From NCBI RefSeq assembly GCF_009914755.1, contig NC_060928.1: 64,000 nt of DNA. The stretch is one strand, 5' to 3'. Below the pieces are notes generated by a model, which searched no databases, was not told where the DNA came from, and was given only the letters and a program-made list of their open reading frames with translations. A program made the position numbers and the translations under genes. Source of the DNA: the human T2T-CHM13v2.0 reference genome, Homo sapiens. This document shows, one piece after another, positions 28,369 to 41,925 of this stretch (the stretch's first letter is position 1; each line of letters starts with the position of its first letter).

Positions 28369-29149
28369 AGCCCCTACGATAAAAACAAGTAATTTAAAAC
28401 AGAAAACAGGAAATAAGAATTGAAAGAATGTGGATTTAGAATAAGATGAAATACAAAATTACAAATATAGTCTTTTAGCTGTGTGAAACAAAAAATAAAA
28501 TAATTACAAAAACGCTATGTAGTGACTCGCATAGCCATCTTAGGTATCTGAGTGAAATTATTGTTCTCTGAAAAAAAATAATTTATTCATGTTTCTCTGA
28601 AGAGGACAATTGGTTTAAAGTGCTGGCTGTCTCCTGTAAACCCAATCTTGGAGACACTCCAAAGACTAGAAATAGATTGAAGGATCTGTCAAATTAACAT
28701 AAAAGCGAGAAGAAAACTGTAAGATGTTTTAAGTACCAGACTGAAAGAGAAACAATAACCTACAGTAAAAGAGGTCTGGGAACAAAAACAAGAGAATTTA
28801 AAAAAATGTGTCATTTTCTCTTCTCCACATTGACCTGAATACTCTATAACGATACAAAGGCAGAAGACTAGTGTCCAATCCAGTACTAGAAGGATCCAAG
28901 GTTAATATAAGTACAATTTGCAAGACTAACCTAGACAAACTTCCCTAGTCCTTCAGATTATAGTGCTGTCGCATTTGCTGCCTCCGAGAGCTAGGTGATT
29001 TTAAGTAAGGATAATAGCAGAGGTACGCACTATCATGCTCTCTTCTAGGATACTGTTAATCTGTACTTCAAACTCATCAAGCAAGGCTCAAGCTAGCAAC
29101 TGGCTTTAGCTATTCCACCATGGTACACATCATGAATATAGCTCCAAAG

Positions 29150-30330
<1,181 letters not shown>

Positions 30331-30807
30331 AAATATTTACTTGCCAATAAGCACAACCCTCACCACCACCACCATCCCCAAAAAAAATAAAAAAGGAAAG
30401 AAAAGGAATGGAAGAAAAGGAAAGTAAAGTAAAGAAAAAAGATACCACCTCCTTATTAATAATCTAGGAAGAAATTTCTTGAATATACCAACATGGTGGA
30501 GGGCAGAAAGTAGGGTGCAAGACACCATAAAATGATGCATAGGAAGTTTTCTCACTCAAGGATATTTAGAGTCTGAAAAAAATTGATTAAAAAAATAAAT
30601 ACAAGTTTAGGTAAATACTTGAATGAATCTCAGAGATAAATTCTAAAAGAATAAAATTAGTAAATATGTATTTTGAGGCAGAAATAAGCATTTAATCAAT
30701 ACAAAAAAAAGAAGAAATATTTTTAAAGAATAGTTAATGAAACCCGAAATAGACCGTAAAGGAGCCCAAATGAAGCAGTAATCATGGTAAATTGCAATGA
30801 CTCAAAT

Positions 30808-30977
30808 AGTAATATTATACCAAAACTAAGAAATTTTGCTCGGCTACATAATTTCTTAGTTTTGGTGTGATATTACTTTGTTTTTCCATATGGAATAAAG
30901 TAGTATTACACCAAAACTAAGAGATATTATTTCCATATGGAAGAAAGTAATATTATACCAAAACTATATTTTCCATA
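30808..30977. repeat. Compound inverted/direct repeat (4 copies of a ~19-28 bp unit, orientations + - + +)
   Basis: agtaatattataccaaaactaag unit and TTCCATATGGAA palindromes seen directly. Confidence 0.85.
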
Positions 30978-31215
30978 TATATATATACACACACAAACAT
31001 ACACACACAGCATAACAACATATATATGATATATATATAAGATACATATATGTTTTATTTCATGTAAAATATTTTATATATAGGAAATATATTTATATAT
31101 AGTAAATATATTTATTTTTTAATATGTGTAATATTATATATAAAAGATACATATCTTACATATATATCTCATATATTATATATATTTTATGTGTATTAAA
31201 TAAAAGATATATATA
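30975..31215. repeat. (TA)n/(CA)n AT-rich low-complexity tract
   Basis: direct inspection. Confidence 0.8.
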
Positions 31216-32195
31216 GAAAAACATTGTAGGCAAAGTAAACAAGCTGATAAATATTATAAAACAATATTTGTGATGCCAACAGTTATGAACAATTATAAAG
31301 AAAAAATTATATTTAGAAAATGCAAGAAACTATTATAAACAAAAACATACACAAAGTCAAATGGAAAAAAATGAGCAAAATTATAAATCAATTTACAGAA
31401 GGGGAATTCCATATGATGAACATTAGTAATCAGTGTATTTTGTCAAGCTATCAGATTGATAAAAATCACAATGCCAAATGTTGGTAAATGATCAAGAAAT
31501 TTTTTTTCTGTATAGAGGTTGTACAAATCTTCACTCTCATTAGTTCACTTCCTGTCGTTGTTTTATGATTGATTTTTAATGCTTTGTTTTATGTTTTAAG
31601 GTAATCAGATAATTATCATAATAAGTACTGTAGCTACTTTCCCCTTTGTGTCACTTTTTTTCTTTACTTTATAATGTGGACTACAAATAAGGATATTTTA
31701 TTTCATGTAGTTTATATCACAATCTTCTAATTTTTTTACTTTTTATGTACTGAAAAGTTTTCTTTATGATGCTTTTTTTCAGAAATATTCATTTTTGTAT
31801 TTAAAAGATATGTGGTAATTTTTATTAGGTTCAGTTCTCCCTCCATATTTGAGTTTTATTCTTTCCGATTGTCTAACATCTTTGTTGTACATAACTTGTC
31901 TTATTTTTTAATTTTGGAAACATTGTTAAATTAATAGACTCATGGAATTTTCTGATTCTTTGGTCTTCTTTAATTTTCTGTTCTATAGCTATTCTCTGCA
32001 ATTTAGTATTATTTTAATTTATTGTATCCAATACAACAACACTTTTCTTGCTGAAATGTGTTGGCAAGTATCTTCACATGTCATGAAATAGGTAGAGGTA
32101 AACTAGTGAAGAGTTTGGTCTTATTTCTGATTTCAATGAGAATGTCAGTGATGTTTTTAAATTGATGTTGATTTTAATTGAGGAAAAAACATCTA

Positions 32196-33375
32196 CAAGC
32201 ATACTTTGGAGATACTGCAGGTTCAGCTCTAGATTATTGCAATAAAGCATATACTGCAATAAAATGAGTCACATAAATATATATTGGTTTCCCAATGCAT
32301 ATGAAAGTTATGTTTATACTATACTGTAGTTTACTAAGTATGCAATAGCATTATGTCTGAAAAAATGTATATGCCTGAATTGAAAATTATTTATTGCTAA
32401 AAAAAGATGCTAACAATCATATTAGCATCCAGCAGGTTGTCATCTTTTTGCTGGAGGAGACTTTTCCTCCATGTTTATGGCTGCAGACTGATCAAGGTGG
32501 TGACTGCTGAGGCTTGGGGTGGCTGTGGTAATTTCTTAAAATAAGACAAAAATAAAGGTCATGGCATCAGTTGACTCTTCCTTTCATGAAAGATTTCTCT
32601 GTAGCATGTGATGCTGTTTGCTAGCATTTTACCCAAAGTAAACTTTTTTCAAAATTTGAGTCAATCCTCTCAAACACTGCCATTGCTTTATAAACTAAAT
32701 TTATTTAATATTCTACAGTATTTGTTGTCATTTCAGCAATGTTCACAGCATCTTCACCAGGAATAGAGTCCATCTCAAGATATCAATTTCTTTGCTCATG
32801 CATAAGAAGCAACTCCTCATCTGTTCAAGTCTAATCATGAGATTGCAGTAATTCAGTCACATCTCCAGGCAGGCTCCAATTCTAATTCTAGTTCTCTTGC
32901 CACCATATTTGCAATTATTTCTTCTAGTGAAGTCTCAAACTCCTCTAAGTCATTCATGGATTATTAAAATTCACTTCTTCCAAACTCTTATTAATGTTAA
33001 TATCTTGACCTCATCCAGGTATCATAAATGTTCTCAATGGCATCTGTAATGGCCAAACTGTTGCAGAATGTTTTCAATTTAGTTTGCCCATATCCATCAG
33101 ACAAATTACTATCAATGGCAACTATAGCCTTATGAAATCTATTTCTTAAATAAAAAAACTTGAAAGTAAAAATTCTCCTGGCTCCATGGGGTGCAGAATG
33201 GATATTGTGTTAGCAAGAATGAAAATAAAATCAATTTCTTTCTACATTTCCATCAGAGCCCCTTGGGTGACCAGGTGTATTGTCAATGAGAAGCAATATT
33301 TTGAAGAAATCTTCTTTTGAGCTGTTAGTCTCAACAGAGGCTTAAAATATTCATTCAACCATTCTGTGAACAGAC
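32196..33375 (-). mobile_element. Tigger1 (3' ~1.2 kb including decayed transposase)
   Basis: TA|caagcatactttggagatactgcaggttcag...gcaataaa...gagtcac is the reverse complement of the Tigger1 3' TIR region; other end missing. Confidence 0.88.
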
Positions 33376-33949
33376 AGTAGAACAAAACTTTCAAAGTGCT
33401 CACACAATACAGCTATGAGTTTGGAATTGTAAGAAAAAGACATTTAAAGACACGTGTATGAACACATGCAAATCCCAAAGGGTTCCAACTGAAAATTTGT
33501 AAATGTCAAATGAAAACTATAAATCAGTGAAATCATCTGTAAAGGCCTGAGAAGGTTAAGATATTTTCAAATACACAAAGTCAGAGATTGTTTATCAACA
33601 AGACTAAAAGATTTTTAAAATATGTCTATCAACATGAATCAATATATATATAAAAATTTGAGATGCTACAAAGGCTGCTAAACACTTGGACATTCATCTT
33701 CAGCCCAAAAGATAAGGCTGTGAGAGTCACCACTTTCTTGCACCCTGAAGCCTGTATCTGCCCAGTGTAAGATTTTTCTAAATTGTATATAAATGTCATA
33801 CTGGCTAGCAACTTCTCAGTTATTTTTTTAATTATCTTGTTTTAGCTCAGCTATTTTAATAGATTTCTTATTAAGATTAAATAGATTAATAAGAGTAATG
33901 CAAATAATGCCCATAGTCCTCAATAACTATTATTGTTTGTTTTATAATT

Positions 33950-34740
33950 GTGCTTTTATTAAGCTATGTTATACAATGAGGTATTGGTATAGCAACATTT
34001 TTTTAATGACCAGTGGAAGAAAACAAGGAGTGCAGAAACAGATCCACATATCTGGAAATTTTAGGGTGGCAAATTACATAAATAGTAATGTAACTGGTTA
34101 TCCATAATAAAAATAAAATAATTTAAATTTGTATGTCAAGTCATGCCTCCAAATCAACTCCAAATAAATAGAATATTTAAACATGAAAGTAAAACATTCT
34201 ATCTAGTAGCCAAAAGTACGGGAGAATATCTTTGTACCCTTGAGATTTTTTAAGAAATTTGCAACATGTAATGATTAAAAATGCTGATAGCCTTAATTAG
34301 ATTGAAATTAAATTAACATTTTCTGGTTTCAAAAAACAGCCTAAGAAAGGGCGAGACTACAAATGGAGAAAGGACATTTATAATGTATTTAACTGTCCAA
34401 CTATTGATATCTAGAATATATACAGACAGCTTATAGACTACTAAGAAAAAGATAAGCACTGTAATATAAAAATGAACAAAAGTCACAAAGACGCATTTCA
34501 CAGGAAAGGAAATGAAAAATGGCCAACAACCATATAAAAAGATGCTGAGCCTCACTATCATTCACGGAGTAGCAGAGTAAGATAAGATACCAAGTCACTA
34601 TTTACTAAGAATATTGACAGTATCAAATGTTTGTGACTATATGGAGTAACGAGAACTATGTTGACTGATGCTAGGATGGTGTATTGGCACAATTGCTTGG
34701 GAAATTATATCTGGAATTTACTTATTTTATTGAACATATG
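33950..34740 (+). mobile_element. Ancient L1ME-like ORF2 3' fragment
   Basis: gcatttcacaggaaaggaaatgaaaaatggccaacaaccatataaaaagatgctgagcctcact; continues after the LTRs at ~35950-36040. Confidence 0.65.
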
Positions 34741-35096
34741 TGATACAGTTTCTGTGTGTCCACACCCAAATCTCAACTTGAATTGTGTCACCCATAATTT
34801 CCACATGTTGTGGAAGGGTCCCAGGGGCAGGTAATTGAATTACGGGGGGCGGTCTTTCCCATACTATTCTCATGATAGTGAATAAGTCTCATGAGATCTG
34901 ATGGGTTTATCAGGGGTTTCTGCTTTTGCTTCTTCCTCATTTTCTCTTGCCACCACCACGTATGAAGTACCTTTTGCCTCCTGCCATGATTCTGAGGCCT
35001 CCTCAGCCATTTGGAATTGTAAGTCGAATTAAACCTCTTTTTCTACCAAATCTCAGGTATATGTCTTTATCAGCAGCATGAAAATGGACTAGTACA
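34741..35096 (+). mobile_element. THE1A-like solo LTR
   Basis: tgata...cccaaatctcaacttgaattg...cttcctcattttctcttgc...atggactagtaca; TSD ATATG (34736-40, 35097-101). Confidence 0.9.
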
Positions 35097-35199
35097 ATAT
35101 GCGTATTACAAGATTGCAAAATTCCATTTATGGGAAAGCTTCCTAGAGAATCTGTTGGGGTGAGGAAAATAGGCTGAATCATGATTATGGTGGCAGTTA

Positions 35200-35947
35200 T
35201 GTGTCCGGAATTGGTTCCTTCCCGTGGGTTCTTGGTCTCGCTGACTTCAAGAATGAAGCCCCCGGCCCTCGTGGTGAATGTTACAGTTCTTAAAGACAGT
35301 GTGTCCGGAGTTTGTTCGTTCACATGTGTCCCGAGTTTCTTCCTTCCAGAGGGTTCGTGGTCTTGCTTGACTTCAGGAGCGAAGCCACAGACCTTTGCAG
35401 TGAGTGTTACAGCTCTTAAAAGTGCCATGTCTGGAGCTGTTTGTTCCTTCCAGTGGGTTCATGGTCTCACTGACTTCAGGAGTGAAGCCACAGACCTTCA
35501 CAGTGAATATTACAGCTCATAAAGGTAGTGCGGACCCAAAGAGTGAGCAGCAGCAACATTTATTGTGTAGAGTGAAAGAACAAAGCTTCCACAGCGTGGA
35601 AGTGGACCTGAGTGGGTCGCTGTTGCTGGCTCGGGTGGCCAGCTTTTATTCTCTTATTTGGCCCCCTCCCACATCCTGCTGATTGGTCCATTTTACAGAG
35701 CGCTGATTGGTCCATTTTACAGAGTGCTGATTGGTCCGTTTTTACAGATTGCTGATTGGTGCGTTTACAAGCCTTTAGCTAGACACAGAGTGCTGATTGG
35801 TGCGTTTTTACAGAGTGCTGATTGGTGCATTTGCAAACCTTTAGGTAGACACAGAGCGCTGATTGGGGTGTTTAAAATCCTTTAGCTGGACAGAAAAGTT
35901 TTCCAAGTCCCCATCCAACCCAGAAGCCCAGCCAGCTTCAACTCTCA
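35200..35947 (-). mobile_element. LTR12 (ERV9) solo LTR, short type
   Basis: reverse starts TGAGAGTTGAAGCTGGCTGGGCTTCTGGG; repeated GCTGATTGG; U5 repeats; TSD GTTA (35196-99, 35948-51). Confidence 0.92.
35675..35870 (-). promoter_or_regulatory. LTR12 CCAAT (NF-Y) box array with downstream TATA-like ATAAAAG
   Basis: seven CTGATTGG (reverse CCAATCAG) copies; agcttttatt at 35641. Confidence 0.7.
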
Positions 35948-36379
35948 GTTACATGACAGTATATATTTGGCAAATTAATCAAATTGTATACTTAAAATTT
36001 GTGAATTTTACTGTATTTGATTATACCCAAATAAAGCTGATTTGAAGAAGAAAGATAAAAAAGAGATGGCATAGTTTAAATCAGGCTTAACAAGCTAAAT
36101 TAAAAAGAAGAAAAAAGGATGTAATCCATTTCAGTGTAATTTCCAACTAAAGTGATTATTAAAAATGAAGTTCTAGTGTTTAATGCAACAAACTTGTAAC
36201 TCTACAGAACATTAAGCTTCTAAGAATGACTGACTTTCTCAAAGTTTTTTGGATGAAGATATGAATGCATGTCACCATCTATAGACAAAAGCATCTTAAT
36301 AAATGCTTTTCATGATGATGAAATGAAACATAAAAAAGAAAAAGAAAAACACAAGCTTAAAGTCTACTGTTGTAATGAA

Positions 36380-37040
36380 AAGTCATGACTCTGTGCCCAC
36401 TTTCAGAATGAAGCAGTTCTTTGGCTCAAACTCTTTTAGTTGAAATAGAAGCCAGGTTCTAAGAAAAGCACCCTACAATAGTTGTGCAAGTGTATAGAAT
36501 AGTGATCCCTTGAATCTTTTCTCAAAAGGACATATGGTCATTTATTCTGATATCAATACACAGGAAAAGGGCAATACCTAGATCTTGTGAGGGCTCTTGA
36601 TACATGATTTAAGGTGACACTAATATCTGGGGACCAAGGCACCACTGTGGCCCTCTTGTTAGAGACAGACATATGCCAATTAGGAGTAAAATCCTAATAG
36701 ACATACTTAAAAGGTAGCAGAACATACATTCATTCAAGGTTTGTAGAGTAAGCCTTTGACTTGTAGAGTAAGAGTTATTGTTATAGGAAAGGCCAAATGT
36801 AACTCCCTAAAACTGCCTCTCACCACCCCCAGAAACAATTTTCATAATAAAACTATATTACACTGGGGGAGAATTGGCGTGACCCTCAAAAATTTAAGGA
36901 CTTCAGGAATTGTAGTATCTATTATATTCATATCATATTTAATTCACAAGTCTGGCCTCTTCAAATATTAGACCAATCATAGTAAATGACATTGTACAAA
37001 AGTAAACAAGTAGGAATTTCAATTGCACTTGCTATGCCAA
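36380..37040 (+). mobile_element. ERVL internal relic: protease and start of RT
   Basis: gggctcttgatacatga...gtgacactaatatctggggacc...caccactgtggccctcttgttagag resembles ERVL 'GLLDTG.ELTLIPGDP..HCGPPVRV'. Confidence 0.65.
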
Positions 37041-37769
37041 ATTCCATTATACGTTTATAGCTTGATCAGAATTTGCTGTTATTCTCAAAATTAGTATGAG
37101 AGACAAATCGTATATTAAAGACAAGATTGACTAATGCACTACAACTGTTCATTTTAAAATTTGATTCTCCAATATGTGGAGCAGCATTTTATAGGAAACA
37201 TGATGGCTCATTCTACAGGGTTGCTTGGAATGGGAAGCAATACGATAAGCTCATATAATTCTCAGTTATGAATTGTAGAAAAATATGTTTCATATGGGAA
37301 TTCTTCATGTGACAATTCTTGTTGACATATTTACATATGAATCACTTATTCTGTGTTAAATATTAAACAAAGAAAAGTACATGTCATTTGACAAGGACCC
37401 TTGTGCTTCCTGGAAACTTACATTCTGGACTTTCCATTAATCACCAGCTAGTGCTTACACAACACATACTGAGTTCTAAATTTGAATAAAGTATTATATT
37501 AGATTTAAATTTAAGCTTATCTCACTGTTTTAGTGATCCCACTAAATTTTTGTTCAAGCCGGGTTTAATTTTTTCTGATATATACTATTATATTTAAATC
37601 AAGAAGTGTTTTAAGTGTCCTAATTTGATTTATATAGGATTGATGGAAGACTTCTGTAAATATCGTAGCTTCATTCCTCAAAATGTGAATGATTTCAGTC
37701 AAAACTGTTCAGTATAAAGTAATGTGCACCTCATTATTTATCTTGGTACTTTTTTTCTTCTGCTCATGA

Positions 37770-38410
37770 TTTATCAATAACCTTCCCAGGGTCAGTTCTC
37801 CCCACACAGAGTGCACAATCAAGTGCACTCCCCCAAACTCTGCCCATTAAGAGAATTTCCATGCAAAATTCCTTTTCAAATCGCTTGTTTGGGGCTATAG
37901 TACAATAGAAGTCAATTTTAGCTTCCATCTTTGTACTAAGCCAATCTATTCATAAATACATTTTAGGTGTGTTTCCTCCCCTGAAAGATCTATGAGGATA
38001 ATAGGTGTGAGTTGATGGAGCGACCTTGGTGTACCAGTGGTGGGTGTCATGAGGGTCACCTGGATCTGAAGCTTGTTTGTACAGTTTCCCCTAGATGGAG
38101 ACAAGTTTGATCCTGGGTGCAGCACATTGATTTGGGCCTATCAAACATTACAACTTGTTGATCCTGACAGTATCCAGCTCATGATGGGGAGTTATGACCA
38201 TAGGGTCACTTTACATCTCACAGGCAAAAGCTCACCCTCTACCCAGGCCTAGTACCATGTCAGATGCTGCATTTCAAAGGGCATATAATTTTTTTCTTCC
38301 ATTGGCATGGCCTTGCTCCAGTGCCCTATGAGTTTATGTTGCCAGTCTCATATAGACCCCCGCAGGAGGGCAACTTATATTTACCAACAGAGCCTTTGGT
38401 ATATGGTATA
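37770..38410 (-). mobile_element. ERVL internal relic: RT connection and RNase H (antisense)
   Basis: reverse strand resembles 'GFWSKA.P....NY.PFE...L..YWAL...LPIM.W.LSD' and 'KSS.WAE...VHL.VH'. Confidence 0.6.
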
Positions 38411-38489
38411 TAGCTATCGATATGATGAATGTGCTGTTTTTAATACTCATGGGAATGAAGAATCAAAAGTAAATTCTATCACATGTAAC

Positions 38490-39095
38490 AGAAAATAGTC
38501 ACAATGCACACTCTTGCCCCAGAACTATATTAATTCTTTTGCACCCTGTCATAATATAGTTGAAGAGACCTGGGTCAACAAAACATTTTGCAAAGCATAC
38601 CAGAGTTCCACCACAGTGATAATACTGTGTTAATTGGACCTAAGCATAATTGGACATAAGCAGAGTGTGTCCATAACTGGACACATATTTGGACACATAA
38701 TTGGACACATAATTGGACACATAATTATGTCCATAGTTGGACATAAGCATAGTGTGGCTAGTAAAATGGATACCTTGTTAGGAATATGTTCTGTAGATGG
38801 TGGTTGATAATCCCTAAAAAGATTCAGAGACCAGCCACCTCGGTGAAGTTTTCAGAGTCTAGTAGTTTGGGTAGTGCTCCTCCAACATGAAAGATAAATT
38901 GCTCCTTGAATTTCCTACCACTTAAAAAAGAAGTAAAATGTTTGGTAGATGTCCTGGAGTTATGGAAGCTGTATATTCTGCACTTGGAAATACTCTTCCC
39001 TTCCATTCACTGAATGACATAGATAGAATGTTGCTAGATTTACCTGGAACCCAGAGAAAGAGAGAGCACTTCAGCAGGTCAAGGCCATAGTATGT
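38490..39095 (+). mobile_element. ERVL internal relic: RT core
   Basis: ctcttgccccagaactatattaattcttttgcaccctgtcataatatagt resembles 'LPQ.YINS.A.CHNIV'; ends near 'ALQQV'. Confidence 0.7.
38631..38755. repeat. 12-bp tandem micro-repeat (ATAATTGGACAC) with inverted pieces
   Basis: direct inspection. Confidence 0.85.
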
Positions 39096-39439
39096 AGTCT
39101 GTAACAAATTTTCACATAATATGAAAATAAAATTTGTTTCATTTATATGTCATGTGATATCATATCAGCTAAATATTATATAACTATGAATACTAAGTTA
39201 CTTTTATAGAAATTAATAGCTTTCTTATATTGCCATATTATCTTCCACAGTTAAGGAGACTAAAAGGTGCAGCAGAAAGAAATAGGACAGAATTTATGGA
39301 AAAACAGACTGACTAATATAATTTTGCCTTGAATTGAAATATAAGGATTTAAAGGTACATTCATTTTTCAGAAGGAAAAATAAATCCAATATCACACAAA
39401 AAATGCAATACACATTTGAAAATACTTAAAAATTGACCT

Positions 39440-39810
39440 CCATTTTCAACTTCATCACGCAAAGAGCTTGGAAATTTTCACTCCTGTCATTAAACAAAAA
39501 ATAAACAAATATGGACAAAATGAAAATTAGTAACTTTTCTTGGAGCCATTACAAAATTGAGGTTATGAAGCAAACTGCCAACCCAAAATCCTGAGAGAGA
39601 GGCAGAGTTTCCAAGATTTGCCTAACTGCAACAGAAACCCTTGGAATCCAGACACTGGTAGAAACATTTAAACAGTTATTTTAACAAATTTCTGTAGGCT
39701 GGGTGCAGACTAGCAGAGAGTGAAAAATTCCTGGGCCACAGTCTTATGTGGGACCCCCAAATTCTCCTGACTTTCACTCTAATAACAAATCAAGATTTCC
39801 TGAGAGAAAT
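39440..39810 (+). mobile_element. Old L1M 5'-region fragment
   Basis: L1 5' UTR-like text; probably continues at 45110-46020. Confidence 0.4.
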
Positions 39811-39819
39811 CAAGGAATA

Positions 39820-41397
39820 ATTCTAAATATTGTTAACTAGCCTTTACTCGGTTAAGTTGCGGGGCTTGACTCCCGGATACACATATCCCCTCCAAAAAAC
39901 AAAGGGCACCAACTCCTACTGAATCTTAAACGTCAACACTATTATATGGCACCCAATTCATGTTAATTAAAGCTTCACCTCCAGACCTGGGAAAGGATGA
40001 CAATTGAAATAAACTGCTTGCATGTAACATTGGCCTGTATACAAATACATTAAAACTTATTTATTAATTTTTCCTCTATATAAATTAATACAATTTGTTA
40101 TATGCATTAATTGATACTAAATAATTTACACATTTAACTACCTGATAACTTCCTTTTCCCGTCATTGTCAGAATTAGGCTGGGCTTATATCCTTTCTGTG
40201 TAAAATGTATTAATTCTTTCAGTTTTGGAGCGCCTCTGCCTGGCTGCCACACCATCTGGGAAGTGAGGAGCACCTCTGCCTGGCCACCGTGCAACCCTCC
40301 AGGTGTGAAGTGGCAGCCTTGTGTGTGATCTTTCTGCCCTCACCAAGTTTGCATTTTCGACACTAAAGTTTACTTTTAAATTAAAAGTTTTAAATTGGGA
40401 AAACAAAATTCTTTCAGTTTTGTTTACCAAAGTAAAAATAAACAAAATCTTTTTCCTTTTGAGCCATTTGTAGCTTAAGAAATTGAGTAAAACAACAAAG
40501 ATTACCTTTTTCTTTCTACCTGCTATCTCCAAAATTTAAAAACTATTTAGAATCTCACTGAGTCAAATCTGTTTTCCTTGCCAGCACCCTGCTGCTAATA
40601 CTATATGAGCACCTTGCCTCTAGGTACAAGGACTATCATGGAAGAGGTGAACACATGAGATTGTGAGGACCAAATTTGAAGGACAGAATTAGTTCAGACT
40701 CTCCCAATCAAGGACAGGCACACAGATGCCTAAACAGCTAGCAAATTGGGACACTTTGACTCCTGGGCAATTATGTGGATCCTTTTCATCCCAACTATAA
40801 AGAACTTCCTGCTTCCCATAGAATTAAAAAAAAATTACTGAGAGGATATTGAGAAACCTAGTGACAAAGCCTCCTGGGTATAGCTGTTCTCAGTTATAAG
40901 ATTCATGCAAACAGATATCTATTAAGAAATTTATTGGCCACCTTAGAACAAATTACTAAAGAGACCACAAAAAGCATTGTGGCACAACAAAAGTCTTGAA
41001 ATTTCTTAGCTCAAAGGGTTTCAAGAAAAAGCTTGTGTTTTGTAAAGCTAATTGCTAAAAATTTTTAACTAAAACCAAGATTACAGTAACTCAATGGATA
41101 AAACTTAGAGATAAGTCAATTTTGTAACCTTTTATTTGGCTTTTAGGTTTTGGCTCTTACACTGCTTAAAAGGTTTTCAGCATTGATGAATACATGCCCA
41201 CCTCCATTCCTGTCTGACTTAAAATATTTAATTGGCCGTAAGTCTTTGGCTTTAAGCCCCTTAGCCATAAAGAATCCAACAAGGGACCTAATGGACCCAG
41301 GGCAGGTAGCCATATTACCCCAGTTATGATGTGGAACAAAATGAAAAATTTGGCCATTGATGCTGCTTCTGGCAACTCTTGTCATGAAGTGGGAAAA
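39820..41397 (+). mobile_element. ERV1 MER4-group internal remnant (3' part)
   Basis: cttgactcccggatacacatatcc (integrase C-terminal 'SWIH'-like); purine tract gaagtgggaaaa just before the LTR. Confidence 0.6.
40228..40406 (+). mobile_element. SVA2-like retrotransposon (5'-truncated: VNTR units plus unique 3' part)
   Basis: SVA VNTR units gagcgcctctgcctggctgcc...catctgggaagtgaggagcacctctgcctggcc, then gtgcaaccctcc...gtgtgtgatctttctgccct...aaagtttactttt, no SINE-R; 16-bp TSD AATTCTTTCAGTTTTG (40212-27, 40407-22). Confidence 0.85.
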
Positions 41398-41925
41398 TGT
41401 AAACAAAAATAAAATCCTCAGTCCCCCAAATGACTACACAGAGCCCCTCTTGGCCAAGAGGACTCCTGAGAAACCTAAAAAACTGAATTCCTGGCCATGA
41501 CAGGAATGGAGGTCAATATGCCTCATTACAACCTTTTAAATTTGAGGCACAATTGACCAGCATTAACCTTAAAGTAGATATCATAAGACGGACAAAACAG
41601 GCTCTTTGTGGCAATAGGATACGAAATTTTAACCTGACTGGTATAGCATCACATGACAGATAGTGGGCCCTGAAGAACATTAAACTATTTTGCTCCCAAA
41701 TATATTTATTTGATATATTTTGAAATGACCCTGCAAAGCCATCTTTTGTGGGGGTAAATTTCTATCGGTAGAGCGTCTCTATTAATGTGGCTAAGCCTTT
41801 CCTGGATCTAGGAGAGATTAATTAAGAGTCTAACACCTTTTAAGATCCAAAAAGAGAGATTTACCATATTGTCTTTGAAGGCTGCTACCTATTGAGGCTT
41901 CATTGACATAACAAGAGCCTTGCCA

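Noticed and set aside
30808-30977. CRISPR-like appearance (palindromic repeats with short gaps)
   Set aside because: Mixed orientations, no unique spacers, no cas genes, human context
35003-36045. Cluster of overlapping ORFs (141, 113, 92, 75 aa)
   Set aside because: Typical chance frames through LTR12 repeats
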